From contig JBNZDD010013714.1 in the NCBI GenBank assembly GCA_050575255.1, positions 5,213,254 to 5,277,253 on the forward strand: 64,000 nt of DNA. The letters are read 5' to 3'. Made by a program: the position numbers and the translations under genes. Positions 12,201-26,450 of the stretch are shown one piece after another. How positions within the stretch are numbered: position 1 is the stretch's first letter; each line of letters begins with the position of its first letter. Source of the DNA: Harriotta raleighana (Eukaryota). Below the pieces are notes generated by a model. It saw only the letters and a list, made by a program, of their open reading frames with translations, was not told the DNA's origin and searched no databases.

Positions 12201-14734
12201 CTGCAGTGAGTGAATGTTCTGTCGACTTAGACCTTGATGAACCAGCTCCAGATTTGGTAAGACTTGAAGGAGGTGACACATTGTACTTGTGCCGTCCAAC
12301 ATCAATTAAGTGCTGTAATTGCTGCTTCAATGTGTTTTTACTTGAAACCATTGTTTGCCAGGGGTACTAGAGAGAAGTAACTTCCAACTTCAATTTTAAA
12401 CGGATGAACCATAGCTCTTCAACTCTGAATGGTATTTCTTTTGCTAGTCGCTTTGCAAATGTTATGGACTGAAATTGTTCAGCATTCTAAAAAATCCCTT
12501 TGCGATCCATCTTACCAGTGTGAACCAGTGTTAGCCAGTTAAACTTGTTTCTATCTGGTGCAAGGGAATTGAATTGTCAGGCTTGACAAGTCATTCGAGC
12601 TGGTGTTGTTGAGGTCAATAGTGTTTTTGGGTTTAAAACATGATATTCATAACAGGAGTCAAAAATTGCACCTCCTGCTGGTAACTGGTCACTCCCAAGT
12701 GATTACTTATGAAGGTTCTCGTGACATAGTAACACTGTTCATAACTTCTGTTACCAAAGATATGTTGTGGACCCTTATTGTTAAATAAATAGACACACAC
12801 CACTGTTAAAACAGAGAAGCAAGACTGAGAAATCAGAAGTCAGAAATCAGATATCAGACAAATTAATCCTATCGCTTTGCAATGCGTTTTGTTTTGAAGT
12901 AAAGATACTGATGGTGCTAAGGGCTAGAAAATGACATGAATTGTTTGAGACGTATTCATTCGTAGTATTTGTCTAACTGTCTTAATCGTTCTGATAGCTT
13001 CCTTTCCGCATTTCTGTAAAGTGTTTGTGTTTATCTTGTTGGGTCAGGTAGTCCATCTGAACTTAGTGATGAAAATAAGGTCACAATCTACTTTAAAGCA
13101 CATAGGCCGAGGCAGCAAAATCTCACTATAATTGCATGTCTTTCCTCTTAAAAGGCTTCCAATTCTGAATGTCTTTCTTGGAATGATTTTTAAAAAAAGA
13201 TATATTCAAAATTAATTTGTGACACACCAGCAGGGTATCATACAGATCTAAAAGTGTTTTGTTTTAAATTTGTCATCATATTTTGCTGATACATACTGTA
13301 ATTGCTATTATTTGGGTTTGGTGAGTACCCAAATTCGAAGACAGACATAATGGGGATACAATTAATTTATTTGCAGTTGAATGTAATGTCATTATTATCA
13401 ACCCAACCAAACGTTCTGCTAGATCCTTGACAGGGAATGTTAGCTGGTCAATGGAACCCTGCAAAGTGAAACTGCAACGGCATTATTGATACCCATGCTG
13501 AGATTAGCTAACTCCGCAAAGGCTGCGGATTGAAACCTTGGGTTTTCCTGGTCTGTATGGCTCAGCTACTGATTCAAAATTGTCACTGAGCCAACCAGAG
13601 TGTTCTGCAGCAGAGACACGCAGACAGATAGGGAGGCCCAAACAGAGAAAGAATCGCTTTAGAGACAGAAAAAGGCAAAGGGACAGACAGGCAGACAGAA
13701 TGAATTGCTGGAAGACCTTCGAATAACAGCAACAGTAATGCATGATGTAACAATGTTTTAGTTAGCACTGTAGCCTATTTATATGTTGCCTGATGTCCAA
13801 CTATCCACACTGGGGCTGGTCCCAATGGTTATTGCAGATAATCAGCCTTCAACTGCAGAATAAATATAGATCAACCCAGGTGAAATTTCTCCCCCAAGAA
13901 TGGGAAAGTATGCCTTGCTTATGATCAGCGAGTGAGTCCATAAATTACGTGCCTTCAATACCAAACAAAATACCACGCAACAACCACACTGCTTAGCTAA
14001 CCTGTCTGGGGGTCCATCAAACTGTTTATGAGAAACAAATTAGGTAGCACAGACTTTTAAAGTCTTCTTGGCTAAAGGCACTTGTCTGGTCTATGGCACC
14101 ATTTAACACATGAAAATTTATGACCAGCAATTAAGGTTTTAGGCTAGCAGGTAGTACGCTGAAAACATCTTATACCAAGGCCCATTTGTCTCACTGTCAG
14201 TAATATGACTAAGGTGATAAATGGGGCAGAATGACAGCTGAACAGTAAGTGGCACCTGATCTTTGACTCTAGTCACATGATAAGGTCATCTGAAACTTAC
14301 TCTGTTCCCACCTGACCATAGGCAACAATGCGGAGGTCAAGCAGGTTTGTTAATTATATGAATCATGTCTAGAAACACCTAGATACAAGCTTTAACAGTA
14401 GCTTTAGGGTACTCAGGCTTGGGTTACCTAACAACCTAACATTGTACGGTGGGATAAGAACAGAGGAGACAAAACAAAGGTATACAATTTCATACAACAG
14501 AATAGCAACTCCTGGTTACAGAGTTTTATCCTGGCATTATTATTTCTGTAAACTGCTTATGAAAACTCACGTTAAAACCACAGTCCATTTCATTAAAGTA
14601 CATTTAGAACAGTATCCCATGAACTATGAATGATAAAAGAGTTTTCAAAGGTGCAACAAACTTAGTTTTACTTTTAGCATTTTAAGTACTTGGGTTCAGA
14701 TCATTGGGAATGAATAAGAAGATTACAGGTTCAG

Positions 14735-14925
14735 ATTTTGGGTTCCATCACAGGTCTGTGCTGAGTTAGGAGATCTCATCTTTGGCAGCGGTGGGTGGGG
14801 CACAGCAATTGACCTGAGCAGCCCTGGGCTACAGAGGGTAAAATCAGTCAGGGTTTCCACTGCTGATCATTATCCAAAGTCCCCTGTTTCAAAGTGTTTG
14901 TATGAGACTGAGTAAAGATAGCAAT
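14735..14925 (+). mobile_element. Older, diverged SINE family, 5' part (continues at 16415-16545)
   Basis: ggtctgtgctgagttaggagatctca...aaaatcagtcaggg aligns with the copy at ~58885-59000. Confidence 0.6.
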
Positions 14926-14929
14926 GTTC

Positions 14930-15020
14930 CTAATAATAATGATGACAATAATAATGATCCTTGCATTTAATATAGTGCCTTATCATGGCTTTGAGGCGTC
15001 TCCTGGTGGAGTAAAGCGCT
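14930..15020 (-). mobile_element. 3' tail fragment of the abundant SINE
   Basis: aataataatgatccttgcatttaatatagtgccttatca...aaagcgct. Confidence 0.7.
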
Positions 15021-15029
15021 CAAACTCTT

Positions 15030-16413
15030 GTACTGAACGAGTACTTTGAAATGGACTGTCTTCACAGAGGAAATGGATGCCCTAAATGCCGCAGTATTGG
15101 ATGAGAGGGTAGAGGAAATAGATCAGATTACTATAGACAGAGAGGAAGTTCTGAAAAGATTGACTGGGCTCAAAATTGACAAGTCACCGGGACCAGATGG
15201 GTTTCACCCAAAGTTGCTGTGGGAGATACGGGTTCAAATAGCGGAGACTTTGGCCATTATAGTTCCATATTCATTGGACACAGGTGCCAAGAGACTGGAG
15301 AGTGGCTAATATTACCCCCCTCTACAAAAAGGGGCAGAAAGACAAACCCAGAAATTACAGGCCAGTCAGCCTTACTTCGCTAATAGGAAAACTACTGGAG
15401 ACCATAATCCGGGACAGAATAAATCTCAGAGGAACACAAGATCATTAGAGACAGCCAACATGGATTTGTTAAAGGCAAATCTTGCCTAACAAATCTAATA
15501 GAATTTTTTGAAGAGGTGACTGCGAGGGTTGAGGTGGGAAATACGGTGGACGTTATTTACATGGATTTCAAAAAGGCTTTTGACACAGTACCGCATAAGA
15601 GATTAATAAAAAAATTAGAGGCCCACGGTATTAAGGGGACAGTAGCAGTTTGGATTAAGAACTGGCTGAGTGACAGAAAGCAGAGGGTGGTGGTTAATGG
15701 GTGTTTCTCGAAATGGAAGGAGGTGTGCAGCGGTGTCCCCCAGGAATCAGTAATGGGACCCCTGCTCTTTCTAGTATATATTAATAATCTGGATTTGGGC
15801 ATAGAGAGCACTATTTCCAAGTTTGCAGATGATACAAAGTTAGGTAGGGTAGTAAACAGTGAGGAGGACTGTAACCAACTGCAAGCAGACATACACAGAA
15901 TGGTGGAATGGGCTGACATGTGGCAGATGGATTTCAATGTGGATAACTGTGAGGTGATACACTTAGGTAGGAAAAATGATAGGAGGCAATATAGTCTTGG
16001 TAGCTCAATCTTAAGGGNNNNNNNNNNGACCTGATAGAGTTCTTCAAGATCATGAAAGGTTTCGACAGGCTAGATAGGGAATATTTCCGCTGGTAGGTGT
16101 GTCTGTGACCCGAGGTCACAATCTTAAGATATCTAACAAAATAAGCGGAGGGGAGGTCAGAAGAAATTTTTTCACTCAGAGAGTTGTTCGAATTTGGAAT
16201 GATCTGCCTGAAAGGGTAGTGAGGTCCGATTCGATAGCAGCTTTTAAGAGAGAACTGGATAGGTATCTGGGGAAGACGGGCTTGCAGGGTTATGGGGAGA
16301 AAGCTGGTGATTGGGGTTAATAAAAGTGACATTGCTCTGTCAAAGAGCCGGCACAGACTCGATGGGCCGAATGGCCTCCTTCTGTGCTGTAACCTTCTAT
16401 GATTCTATGATTC
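15030..16413 (+). mobile_element. 5'-truncated CR1 LINE: ORF2 reverse transcriptase region with frameshifts, plus 3' UTR
   Basis: ORFs with KSPGPDGFHPKLL, VDVIYMDFKKAFDTVPHKRLIKKL, SGVPQESVMGPLLFLVYINNLD, KFADDTKLG and RRNFFTQRVVRIWNDLP; tail (ttctatga)n at ~16395-16413; N gap at 16018-16027. Confidence 0.95.
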
Positions 16414-16414
16414 T

Positions 16415-16545
16415 TGGCCTAGGCTTCAATATGAGAAATGGCCACTTAGGTTCGGGAAGATACCAGAGGACAGCTCGGCTCTGTGTAACAGATACCTGAG
16501 CATAGGTCAGAGAGGAGGTGAGCAAGCTGGAAGGGGAATGGCAAA
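16415..16545 (+). mobile_element. Older SINE family, 3' part
   Basis: aggcttcaatatgagaaatggccacttagg...agataccagaggacagc aligns with 59132-59190 of the intact copy. Confidence 0.5.
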
Positions 16546-17164
16546 TGATAAAATAATAATTATTATATTTTTGTCAGTATATTCCTGACATACTTGGGGG
16601 GCTACCCTATGAATAATTCAATTTGCAGATCGAGTCTCCAACCAATGACACATTCCTGAGTCAAATCCCACTTTGAACTCCTCAGCTTTCTTATTCTCAC
16701 TATCTCTCATGTGGCTTCTTTCTCTTGTTAGCTATCTCTTCCTTTCCACAACAACTTCTATGTCGCTATATCCTTGACACTGCCTTAGTACTGCTGATGT
16801 GAATTCACTTCTTAACAGCACCGTCACCCAGTGTCAAACTGCTGGAAGCAATGCAAAAACCTCAATTGTCCACTGCACACAAATGTGCAAACCGTATAGG
16901 AGTTTGAAGGGGTCAACAAGTGTGAGAAACAGTCGAGAGGCCTGCAATAGACACTAACCTGGTTGAGAGGCCCTAAACAACAGACTCCCTTTGAGTTCCT
17001 TCTCTATGTCAGCTTTGAATCCAGAAATGTCCCATGCCGTTGCTCATTTACTGATCCGCGATACGTGCCCCCTCAAAGTGACTTGCAACACCTGCCCTAT
17101 TCTTCCTTTAAAACATGAGTAATTAGCATTGCAACAGGGAGAAGGCAGGTAAATAGGTCTAAAT

Positions 17165-17547
17165 ATTGACTCCTTGCCAAACTCCACTGGCTCCTTGTCA
17201 CAGAGCGGATCGACTTCAGTATCCTCACTCTTGTGTTTAAGACCCCCCTGCAACCCCCTAACTCTCTAACCTTCTTTCTCCACTCCCTCCACTCTACTGG
17301 GTCAGGCCTCCTCCTTGTCCCCTGAATCCTCTGCTCCACTGTGCACCAAAACTTTGGAACTCCTTCCCCCAGCCCCTTCGTCTCATCCCCACTTTTCCCA
17401 TCTTTAGGATCTGCCTGAAGACCTTTCTCTTCGATCATGCATACGGCCACCTTCCCTCTCCCCTGCCTCGACCTCAGGCTCTGCCATTGTGAAGCGCTCT
17501 GAGACTCTGCCTGGTGTGGAGATCGCTATATAAATGCAAGTTGTTGT
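17165..17547 (+). mobile_element. L2-clade LINE 3' fragment
   Basis: Encodes LAKLHWLLVTERIDFSILTLVFKT (L2 LHWLPV..RI.FKIL motif) and LWNSFP; tail gtgaagcgctctgagac...gctatataaatgcaagttgttgt. Confidence 0.85.
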
Positions 17548-17549
17548 AA

Positions 17550-17620
17550 ATAGATTGCTCTTTCAAAGAACCAGCAGACACAATGGGCCTTCTTCCGTGC
17601 TGTCAATTTCTAGGTTTCTC
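17550..17620 (+). mobile_element. CR1 3' UTR fragment
   Basis: gattgctctttcaaagaaccagcagacacaatgggcc...ttccgtgctgt similar to 16330-16390 and 29905-29960. Confidence 0.6.
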
Positions 17621-18068
17621 TGTACTTCCTGTAACAATTTTTATATCATTCTCAAGATGCTCTAGGAAGGATAATAGTTATGAATACAAGAAAGGTATTT
17701 TCCCAAACAATTGTAATTTTGTACTGTTTATAAGAACTCCTGTTAAGTTAGTAACCTGAGAGCAACCAAAAAAGACAGAAAAAGCAATAAAATAAATTTA
17801 TACCGCTGAGCTATTTTCTGTCTGTGCATTCTTATAAAAGTCTCGAAATATTAGTTCTTTGGACTATTCCAATCAGCATGGTATGCAGGCAAGCGGATAC
17901 ATATAATATGTGCAATCACTTCCTCAGATGATTATCTCAACCCTACCTTGAATAAAATCTCTTTTACTTTCATTCAAAACTTATCTAAAAATGGTTCTTT
18001 ACTCCCTCAGTGAGCCACCTGCCTCTTCCAAACTCCTCACTGATAAAACTTCACACTTGACTTTGGAT

Positions 18069-18086
18069 CTCTCTCTCTCTCTCTCT
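18069..18086. repeat. (CT)n microsatellite
   Basis: ctctctctctctctctct. Confidence 0.8.
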
Positions 18087-19639
18087 TTCTGAATTGTTTA
18101 AAATGGCCTCTAATAAACTGATTTATTTATAGAGCTATTCAAATACCCGGCAATACCCAAGTCCCATATAAGCTACCAGTTTGATTTAATCTGAATTAGA
18201 CTCCCTGCGCTGTGTGGAACAAATCAAAATTTCTTGCATTTAGGCATTTGATGGACAGAGTAGAATCCATTCTCCCTTATCGAGGCACAGGATCAGATCC
18301 TGTTCATTTTGAAGTGGCCTATATTAAACCATATCCAGAGCAGATAAACTTCGCTTGAAGAATGTATTATATTTCATATGGGCAAAGATTACATTTTTTG
18401 AATAGCTATCATAAAGGAATTGTTGGGTTTGAAAAATGTAATTTTACATTTTAATTAAATAGAAATCACTGTACTCTCAATGCAAAATGCAACTGCTATG
18501 CTTTCCTGGGCTTACACAGTGAGCTAAAGTATCATTTCTATTAGAAGCATTTAATATCTAAAATGATTTCTGATAAATAAGATGGCATATAATGTGCAAT
18601 TTAAGTGCCATGTTTAATGCAATAAAGTGATATATGCATTTATTGCTAGCTAACATTTCCCACTTAGTATTTAGTGGGTACTTTTTATTAGCATATTGAA
18701 AATGTTACCTTATTTAAAACAACATGTCTATCAATTAACAAGCCTAAGCCGCTTAAGGCACATTCTGCCACTGATTTATTTTGATGTGGTTAAACATGTT
18801 TTTTTTCCCATGTTGTGTTTCATCCTCAGCTTTTCACTGATCCACTGCCCCAATATCAACATTTCTAAGTTTGGTAGCTACAGCTGTTCAAGAGAAGGTC
18901 ATACAGAAATAAAAGGACAACACCTATTCATTGAAAATGTCACTGTAAAAGAGCAAGGGAAAACCAGTTACATTGCAAGTCACCTTTTCAACTCCCACAA
19001 ATACAACTATTAATGGAGAAACCTAGTCAGGAAAAGTACATTAAGGAGCCAAGGTCACCAGGGAAACAAACAGTCTTTTCTGCTATGCGAAAGCAGAGAA
19101 ACAACTTGGTCTCCTGCAAAAACCTTTCGACCTTGCAAAGTGCACCTATGAATGTTAAGCTCCTCTGGCAGCCACAAAGCTCCTGTTCACACTTCTTCTG
19201 CGAACAGTGCTTCACTGCAAAGCATACTACTGGTGCCTTTAAAGGCAATCTTTTGGGTCACATACTGTTATACCAACCTGCCTTTTGATGGATTATGTAC
19301 ATAGCAAACTTGTGATTAATACTGTATTGAGTACATGAGATTGTTGGTTCAGTTTAGAAGTGACAAAGTCAATTCAGTTTATAGCACAGCAGAGAATACA
19401 TCAATCAACCTTATACCAAAGTTTGCTTTAAAAGTTTCTTTACAAAGCTGACCTAAAGAAAGCTACAATTTAGCCACAAAACTTCCAATTCAATTATCAG
19501 CAATATACATAAAATTATATAAAAATAAATTGTTATTCAATCTACCAAACAGAAACTAGTATGCCAGAACAATAATAATCCTTACAGTTGATATAATGCT
19601 CGTTATATCGCCTAGACATTTCAAAGTGCTTCACAGAAT

Positions 19640-20005
19640 GATAACAACATTAATTTGCATTTATATAGCTCCCGCCATGCTGGGTGGCATCTCAGAGCGC
19701 TTAACAATGGCAGAGCCTGAAGTCGAGCCAGGGGAGGGGCATGGTGACTGCAGGTATGGTCAAAGAGGGAGGTCTTCAGATGCAAGATGAAGATGGGGAA
19801 GGAGGGGACGAGTCGAAGGGGTTGAGGAAGGTAATTCCAAAGTTTCATGGCGTAGTGGCTGAAGGCAAAGTCGCCGATGGTTGAATGGAGGATTCGGAGG
19901 TAAGGAAGAGGCTGGACCCAGTAGAGCAGAGGCAGTAGCTACTGCTGCGAGGAGAGAAGAGGTTAGAGAGATAGGGGGCTGCCAAGGAATGGAGCGATTT
20001 AAATA
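19640..20005 (-). mobile_element. L2-clade LINE 3' fragment, apparently inserted in a SINE whose pieces lie at ~19570-19638 and ~20050-20110
   Basis: Minus ORFs FKSLHSLAAPYLSNL and LWNYLPQPLRL..LKTSLFDH; reverse-complement similarity to 17350-17547. Confidence 0.8.
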
Positions 20006-23000
20006 CAGTACTAGAGTACAGAATTACAAGTACTTGTGGATGAAACGTGGCATCCAATTGTGCACAGCAGTGTCCCACAAACAGTCGTGGATGGAAGTGA
20101 CCAATTTATTTTTATTTTTTAGAAACTATTTAAAGATAATAATGATTTTCGTAGTTCTGTTCTTTCGTAGCACTTTCGATGGAATGCAGTAGACTTCTGA
20201 CCTGTAGTTTCAGCTTTTTGTAGAACAAAAAGCAGTTCCCAAAATCAGTTTTACACACAGGGAGGTTATTACATTTGGAATGTTATCTTCAGAGAATACT
20301 TTTCGATCTCACCTCTCAAAAAAATGGTCACAACATTGATTGTGCTAATTGTACAAAGTTTGAGCTTATTCAATAATGTCAGGGGTAAGATATAGGAGAA
20401 ATATGTCAACCTAAATCTACTACAAATAGTAAATGTATTGCCCTTGAACTGCAATGCGAAATCGTAATGCTTTCCCTCTACCTGAATCAATCTAAATTGA
20501 AACAAAACCGTGTTTCAATCAGCTTCATCATGCAAGTGTGTGATAAATTTGCTACAGTGGATGAGCACATTACTGTGCACCACACATTATGCTGTGCTCC
20601 AAGCGAAAACCAAAAGGGCCAAGGCAATGCAAAATTGAGTCTGAGATGAAAATAAATCTGTACCTTATTTTTAATGGGATGGTAGAACTAACCAAAACAC
20701 CAATGACAGTTGCAGACCCAACACACGACTCCACAGCAGAGACAGGAAAGTTAACATAAGTACAGTCTCTTGGGCTACAAGGACAGCAGTTGAGTGCCGG
20801 AGATAATTTAACGATGTCCCTAGGCAGTCATGGAAGAACCAGAGCGCATGAAGGGCCAATGGGAACACTGACAGTAAATCAGCTGGACCGTGGAGTATGA
20901 CAGAAAGACACTGTAAACAACATGCAATGTGGCATGTTCCAGGATTGTAGGTTACAGCCCCCATTTTAGAACCTGAAAGCAGACCCTGTTACACAGTATC
21001 AACGAGAAGACATCTCCCATGAGATTTTTAAAAATAGTTATTGATATGTATCTTAAAACAGTTCATTTCTACCAATAGTATTATATTCCAACAATACAAA
21101 AAAAACTCAAAGTATTTGCATACCTATATTTACTCACAAACCCTTCAGTGAATCAATTGCAGAAATGGAGGTCAACGATTCAAGACCACGTTACACTGCA
21201 CACATTGTCAGGAACCAACAGTGATCAAGGGAGAACCACGTAATTCAGACTACAAAATCCGGGGGAAATCCTCATCACGTGGCCCAGAGGAGAATGAGGA
21301 ATAAATGAACGTCATTCGGAATGCATGATCTCCACTGGGAGAGAAGCCAAGCCTCATACAGCTGAACCGAGACTAAACCTGAATAAACTTTCTTTCGTTA
21401 CGCATAACCTTCATGCATACGTATTGTAAAATAATTTTGTGGGAGGGGGAAAATTCTCTATTTAAAATCTTTTACCCCCCCCGCACCTAAAACGTTTGCA
21501 CTTAATAAAGAAATTATTGAGTCAAGCAATGTAATTGTGCGGCACGTCAAACCTGTCAAATACAGTGATGAAACGATTCAGTTAAATTCATGAATCTCTT
21601 TGATTCAAAAGTTCAGAAGTAAAGAATAAATATCTTCGATCTTAAAGAAGATTTTTGATGGTGGGTGGGGGTTGAGCAACATTTATGGAGTCACTCTTTC
21701 CAAAATCGGAAATGGATTAAATTTGGGATTAAAACTGTCTCTGAGGAGATATTTGGCAAAGCCAGGCAGGTTCACGGTAACCACAGCATTCTTGATCGTA
21801 ACCTTGGAGCTTGTCTTGATTCATTAACAAGACTTGGGAATGTACACCTTAACAGACCAAAAGCTGCAATTGGAGAGTGGTTAAAGTTGAATCCCAATGC
21901 TTGAGTAAAATGTATAGTTATCATCACTAATAGGTTAGAAAAAATCCACCAAATTACACTGGATTCATTTCACTGGCCAGTGAGTCTCTCCCAAAGAAGT
22001 TTAATGATTAAAATACGAAAGGATGTAATATTAAGAAGAATATAACTGTATGCTGTCAATTCTACTCGGTCCACAAAAAAGAACAATAGCATCTAACTTT
22101 AGCTGGGAATTAATACACATAATAGCATAACCACATACATCCTTCAATACATTAGGTCTCCTCGTAAATTTGTAAGCAAAATCAATGGGATTATTTATTC
22201 ATCAGAAATTGGCTTCTGTTCAACATTCCTTTCCACACACCCACATGGAATTTTTGTGAAATCTATAAATAGATCCTTGAGGAAGACAAAATCTAAAAAC
22301 CACAACTATGTTACTGCATATATTGTAGATGAGACGAGTGAAACTATCAAGCTTCCCACCAAGCAGAGAAAACAGCTAAATGTCTGGAAGGAAATGCATG
22401 CATGACTGTCACTTTGGAGTATTTCAGTACATGTCCGAGATAATTCAAAATAAACCAACTGAAATGCTTCAGCTTTTAACCAGATCATCAATAATTTAGT
22501 AACTATAGGAATGTTGCTTGTATGTGGGATAGAGACAGCCAAGTGTAGCCTGAAGCAACATCAACAAAAACCCTAGTACAGTGAATCAGATTAACTCATA
22601 TTTGGCTTTGAGAAGGATTGGATTTAAACGGATCATGCTAAGGTTTTGCTTTAATAATTAAAATGAAACCTACCTTCTGGTATTAGATGTCTCTAGGTCA
22701 GTTTTGTATAATGCTACACTGCGAAGTCCTGAAGGGGTCGTGAGACAGAAAAGGAGTAGCGCATTGCTTCAAGGTACCAAGAATGAAATCATTATGTAAA
22801 TAAAGAATTCATACTAGAGGGGAAAGGTAACCTGCCATATTAGTGACAAAACACATCCTGTTGTATCCTTTGCAGACCTAACTGGAGTAGAGTAATGAAA
22901 CCAATTGGAAGTTTACTAAATTTAACACCTATTAAATTTAGTACCTCATAAACATATGACCTGACCTCGCTCTGGCACAAATTTGGAACTAACCTAAACG

Positions 23001-24935
23001 GTAGCAATGCAGCAGCCAGTAAGATTTGCTTAGTGAACATGAACTGACTGGAAGTTTGAATGGCTTTGTTTGCAATCGGGAGTACCTAATTCGCACAATC
23101 ATCTAATTAATAAATGACCAAGATTTGAGAGTCAAAGCAGATCACAAGATTGGATGTGGCCAAGAAATAAGGCAGTGTTGTAAAAAGTGTTGGTATTAAG
23201 TGAGCAAGTCGTGCACGCTTGCCCATTAAGTTAGTAAGTAGACCTCTGACCTGGAGAATTGACCCTATTCCATTTGCCTTGTTTCTCTCCCAATAGAAAA
23301 ACAACAGCATGAACAAAAGAATAGTTATAATGATGTCTGCCAGTATTGAGCAAGTCGTTCAACTTCTCCACCCTTCTTGACTAGTCGCTGTTAAGCCCCA
23401 ACAGACCTCAGGCTTTTCCCACCTAATCAATCAGATCTCAAAACGACGACAAATCTGATGGGATAAAGTAGACATATCACTTGGGGTCAAGTAAGAATTG
23501 GTCCCAGTCTCGCCAGGGAGTTGTCACTTTACGTTTTTTTCATGTGTTTGAAACACATTAAGACAAGTTATAACTTTATTTTGATTGCCAGTCATCGTTG
23601 CCTCCCCTCCATCCCTATTCATGGCTAATTTATTCTCTCCCCTTCTCTTTTAAGCCTCTGCAAGTCATGTACTATTCCCCAGCCGAGCGGGCAGGCTGGC
23701 AACTTGCTCCTAGGCATCTGTTAATGTTACTCTTGAACCAGATGTGGGGGAGGGGAGTGTTCCGAGTGGTCCAGGGCGAAATAGCTACTGATTTCATCCC
23801 TTCCTGCTCAGGGATGCCCAGTGACATGATTTAGATCAGCAATTTGCTGTGTAAGAAATCTCCTGTACAAAGCCACATCTTACTAGCATTTGGCACATTG
23901 GACCAGTGTAAGGAGTCACTGTGGAGCCCTAGCTTCAGTTTGTTTTAATTGGAATAATTGCTAGTGTAGGGGATCGGAGGGGGTGCACTTTAATGCTACT
24001 CATTACATCGTTTCATCTTTCGCCTGGCATAAATGAAAACCATTTGCAAAATCCCTGAATAGAGATTCACTCCTAACTTAAAGGGACCAAGGGACTCACT
24101 GTGCTTTTTTTTAATGTATGAATTGTAAGCAGAGAGATTGAGCTGTGGTTTGTCTGAGGGTGGATTTTTTTAAATGTATAATCCATAAGGCTTCTGACAG
24201 ATTGATCAACGTTTGTGACTGGGTAAATCACGTACAGTATCTGTTGAAAACAACAACTATATTATTTTTGAGTAATATTTATCCAGTGCAAGGCAGCTCC
24301 ATTTTTTTATGATTTTAAGGAGTTTGCTAAGTTATGTCGTTTTTAATAGCCTACTATAGCAAAAGCCAGTAAACTGGTTCCTTACCTGGTGATTGATAAG
24401 TGCATGTGTGTTTGTGTGTGTGTGTATATTTGTGTGGATTCTCCTGAGGATTGTGTGCATCTAATTCTGCCCTAGGACATTGGGGGTCAACTATGCAGGG
24501 AAGCAACTTATAAAAGGGTTGAAATGCCACTGAGGCAGGAAGAATTTCCATTCAATCGAATGCTCACCTCTACTTTCAACAGTAAATAAGGGACTTATCA
24601 TGAACATTGCTCTTACTGGTTCAATTGCACACAGCAGGCTGTGAGTGCTGGATCACTGCCACAAAGCACAGGTTTATCAGGGTAGTTTGGGGAGCAGCAC
24701 CATATGTCATCTCCACGTGTAAGATATGTTTTACCTCATACTGGTGGAGGAGAACAAGATTTTAACCCACAAAAACATACTGTATCGAATTTATACAGAC
24801 AGTGTATAAATGTCTATCAATGGACCCATATTCTCCAGGACGGTTATGCTTAACTTGTTCAAGGCTTATTCCAAACCTCATGCTGCTGCAAGATATTCAA
24901 ATTGTTTGTAAAACTTTCTGCTTCTGTCCCAAGTA

Positions 24936-25303
24936 CAGTAAAACCCCGTTTATCGGGGGGGGGGGGGGATCAACTAATTGACTGCCAGATAAACGGGGGA
25001 CAAGTCGCCGAAAACCCAACNAAAATATAACTTATTTTAAAACATACCGTGTTAATAATAGACTACATAGTAACAGAATATTTTGTGGATACTTACCAAT
25101 AAAGCATTCCAGCACAGTCAAGAAAAAATCTGTAAAACAGCATTTTTTACCAATTGGTAAAAAAAACAAGTGCGTAAATTTACTAAGTGCGCATGTGCAC
25201 GCATACGCAAAGCGAGCAAACTCTGGAATGGAGAATGGGGAATTGCCCCGGGAGGGGGTCGAGCAATTCGGTTGATCGGGTCACAGATGAATGAGTTTTA
25301 CTA
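24936..25303. mobile_element. Non-autonomous Tc1/mariner-superfamily (Tigger/pogo-like) MITE
   Basis: TA|CAGTAAAACCCCGTTTATC ... GATGAATGAGTTTTACT; reverse complement of 54808-55200. Confidence 0.85.
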
Positions 25304-26129
25304 AAAAAAAACTCTGGTTACTTCACCCATGCACTTGCTTGCATTAAAACCTAAAAATCCAATTTTCGTTAAAAAAACACGGACACATTTCCCACTGATC
25401 ATAGGCTCTGGTCATCTTTTGCTTACTTCACTGCTATGCATTAGCTTGTGTGATGTCCTGACTGTATATCTTCACCTTGTCAGTTATTCACCATGCTCCA
25501 GGCTCTTTATGCATGTGGGCAAATTTGATTTATAACACATCCCTGCATGGGTTCCTTTTGACTAACAATGAGTTGGTGACAGGACAGAGGAAAAAAAATG
25601 CATTTAGCCCCGGGCAGGACGACATCCACATGCGCACTGACGTTGCCATTGTTTCCAATGGGAGGAGAATTACCAATGTCGGCCACCCCAGCGATCAATC
25701 ATATCAAAAAATAAAACAGTTCTCGCACATCCAAAAATAAAAAAAATATTGCAAATAAAACGCTACACATATGCTCACAGTTTCACTTGTGTACACTACA
25801 CAAAACATCTGCTGGGATAGTTACCAAAGCACCGCTGAATGGCAGGCACCTCAGGCATTTTGCAAGTTCATTGTGTCTCGAAACAGATCAATGATCTGAT
25901 ATTCAAAATCCCTGTGCATATTAAATACTAACTGAGATGATATGTTTGCAGACTCTCGTTCTGAGAGTTTCACAATTAAGGGAAATCCAAGTCCTTAATT
26001 GCTGTTGTGATTTTACCTGATTTATGATGTTCAGTACACAAGTGCTGTACATTGGAAGAAGGTAAATAAGAGGCATATGTACTCCATGGAAGGGAACTTG
26101 CCAAAGGGGGAGTTGAAAGAGTCAACTCA

Positions 26130-26380
26130 TTGTTCACTATGTCCAAACAATCTTAGGTAGCAATAAACAAAGCAAATAGGATGCTGCGCTACATCGCCAA
26201 ATCAGTTCAGTTCAAATGCTGAGGCTGTATAGTCCTCTGGCTAAGCTGCATCCAGAGGCCTATACACAGTTTTGGTCACCAACTCTAGAGGTAATGCTGA
26301 GAGGAAAAAGGTTAATCCCCAGTGCTAGAGGAAGAAACTGTAAAGAACAAATAGTTAAGGTAGGACTTCTCATCTTCAAA
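26130..26380 (+). mobile_element. Degenerate CR1 ORF2 fragment
   Basis: gcaataaacaaagcaaataggatgctg (AINKANRML) and MLRLYSPLAKLHPEAYTQFWSP, typical of CR1 ..LY..LVRPHLEY..QFWSP. Confidence 0.7.
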
Positions 26381-26382
26381 CC

Positions 26383-26450
26383 ACAACAACAACAACAACA
26401 ACAAAATTACATTTTTAGAGCGCCTTTCATGTCGGGAGAAGGTCCCAGAT
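26383..26450 (-). mobile_element. Short L2-type 3' tail with (TTG)n; related pieces at ~7753-7815 and ~8340-8400
   Basis: caacaacaacaaaattacatttttagagcgcctttcatgtcgggagaaggtccca-like sequence occurs at three loci. Confidence 0.55.

Noticed and set aside
15516-16034. 172-aa reverse-transcriptase ORF as a functional gene or RT-based system
   Set aside because: Part of a 5'-truncated, frameshifted CR1 LINE with a normal CR1 3' UTR
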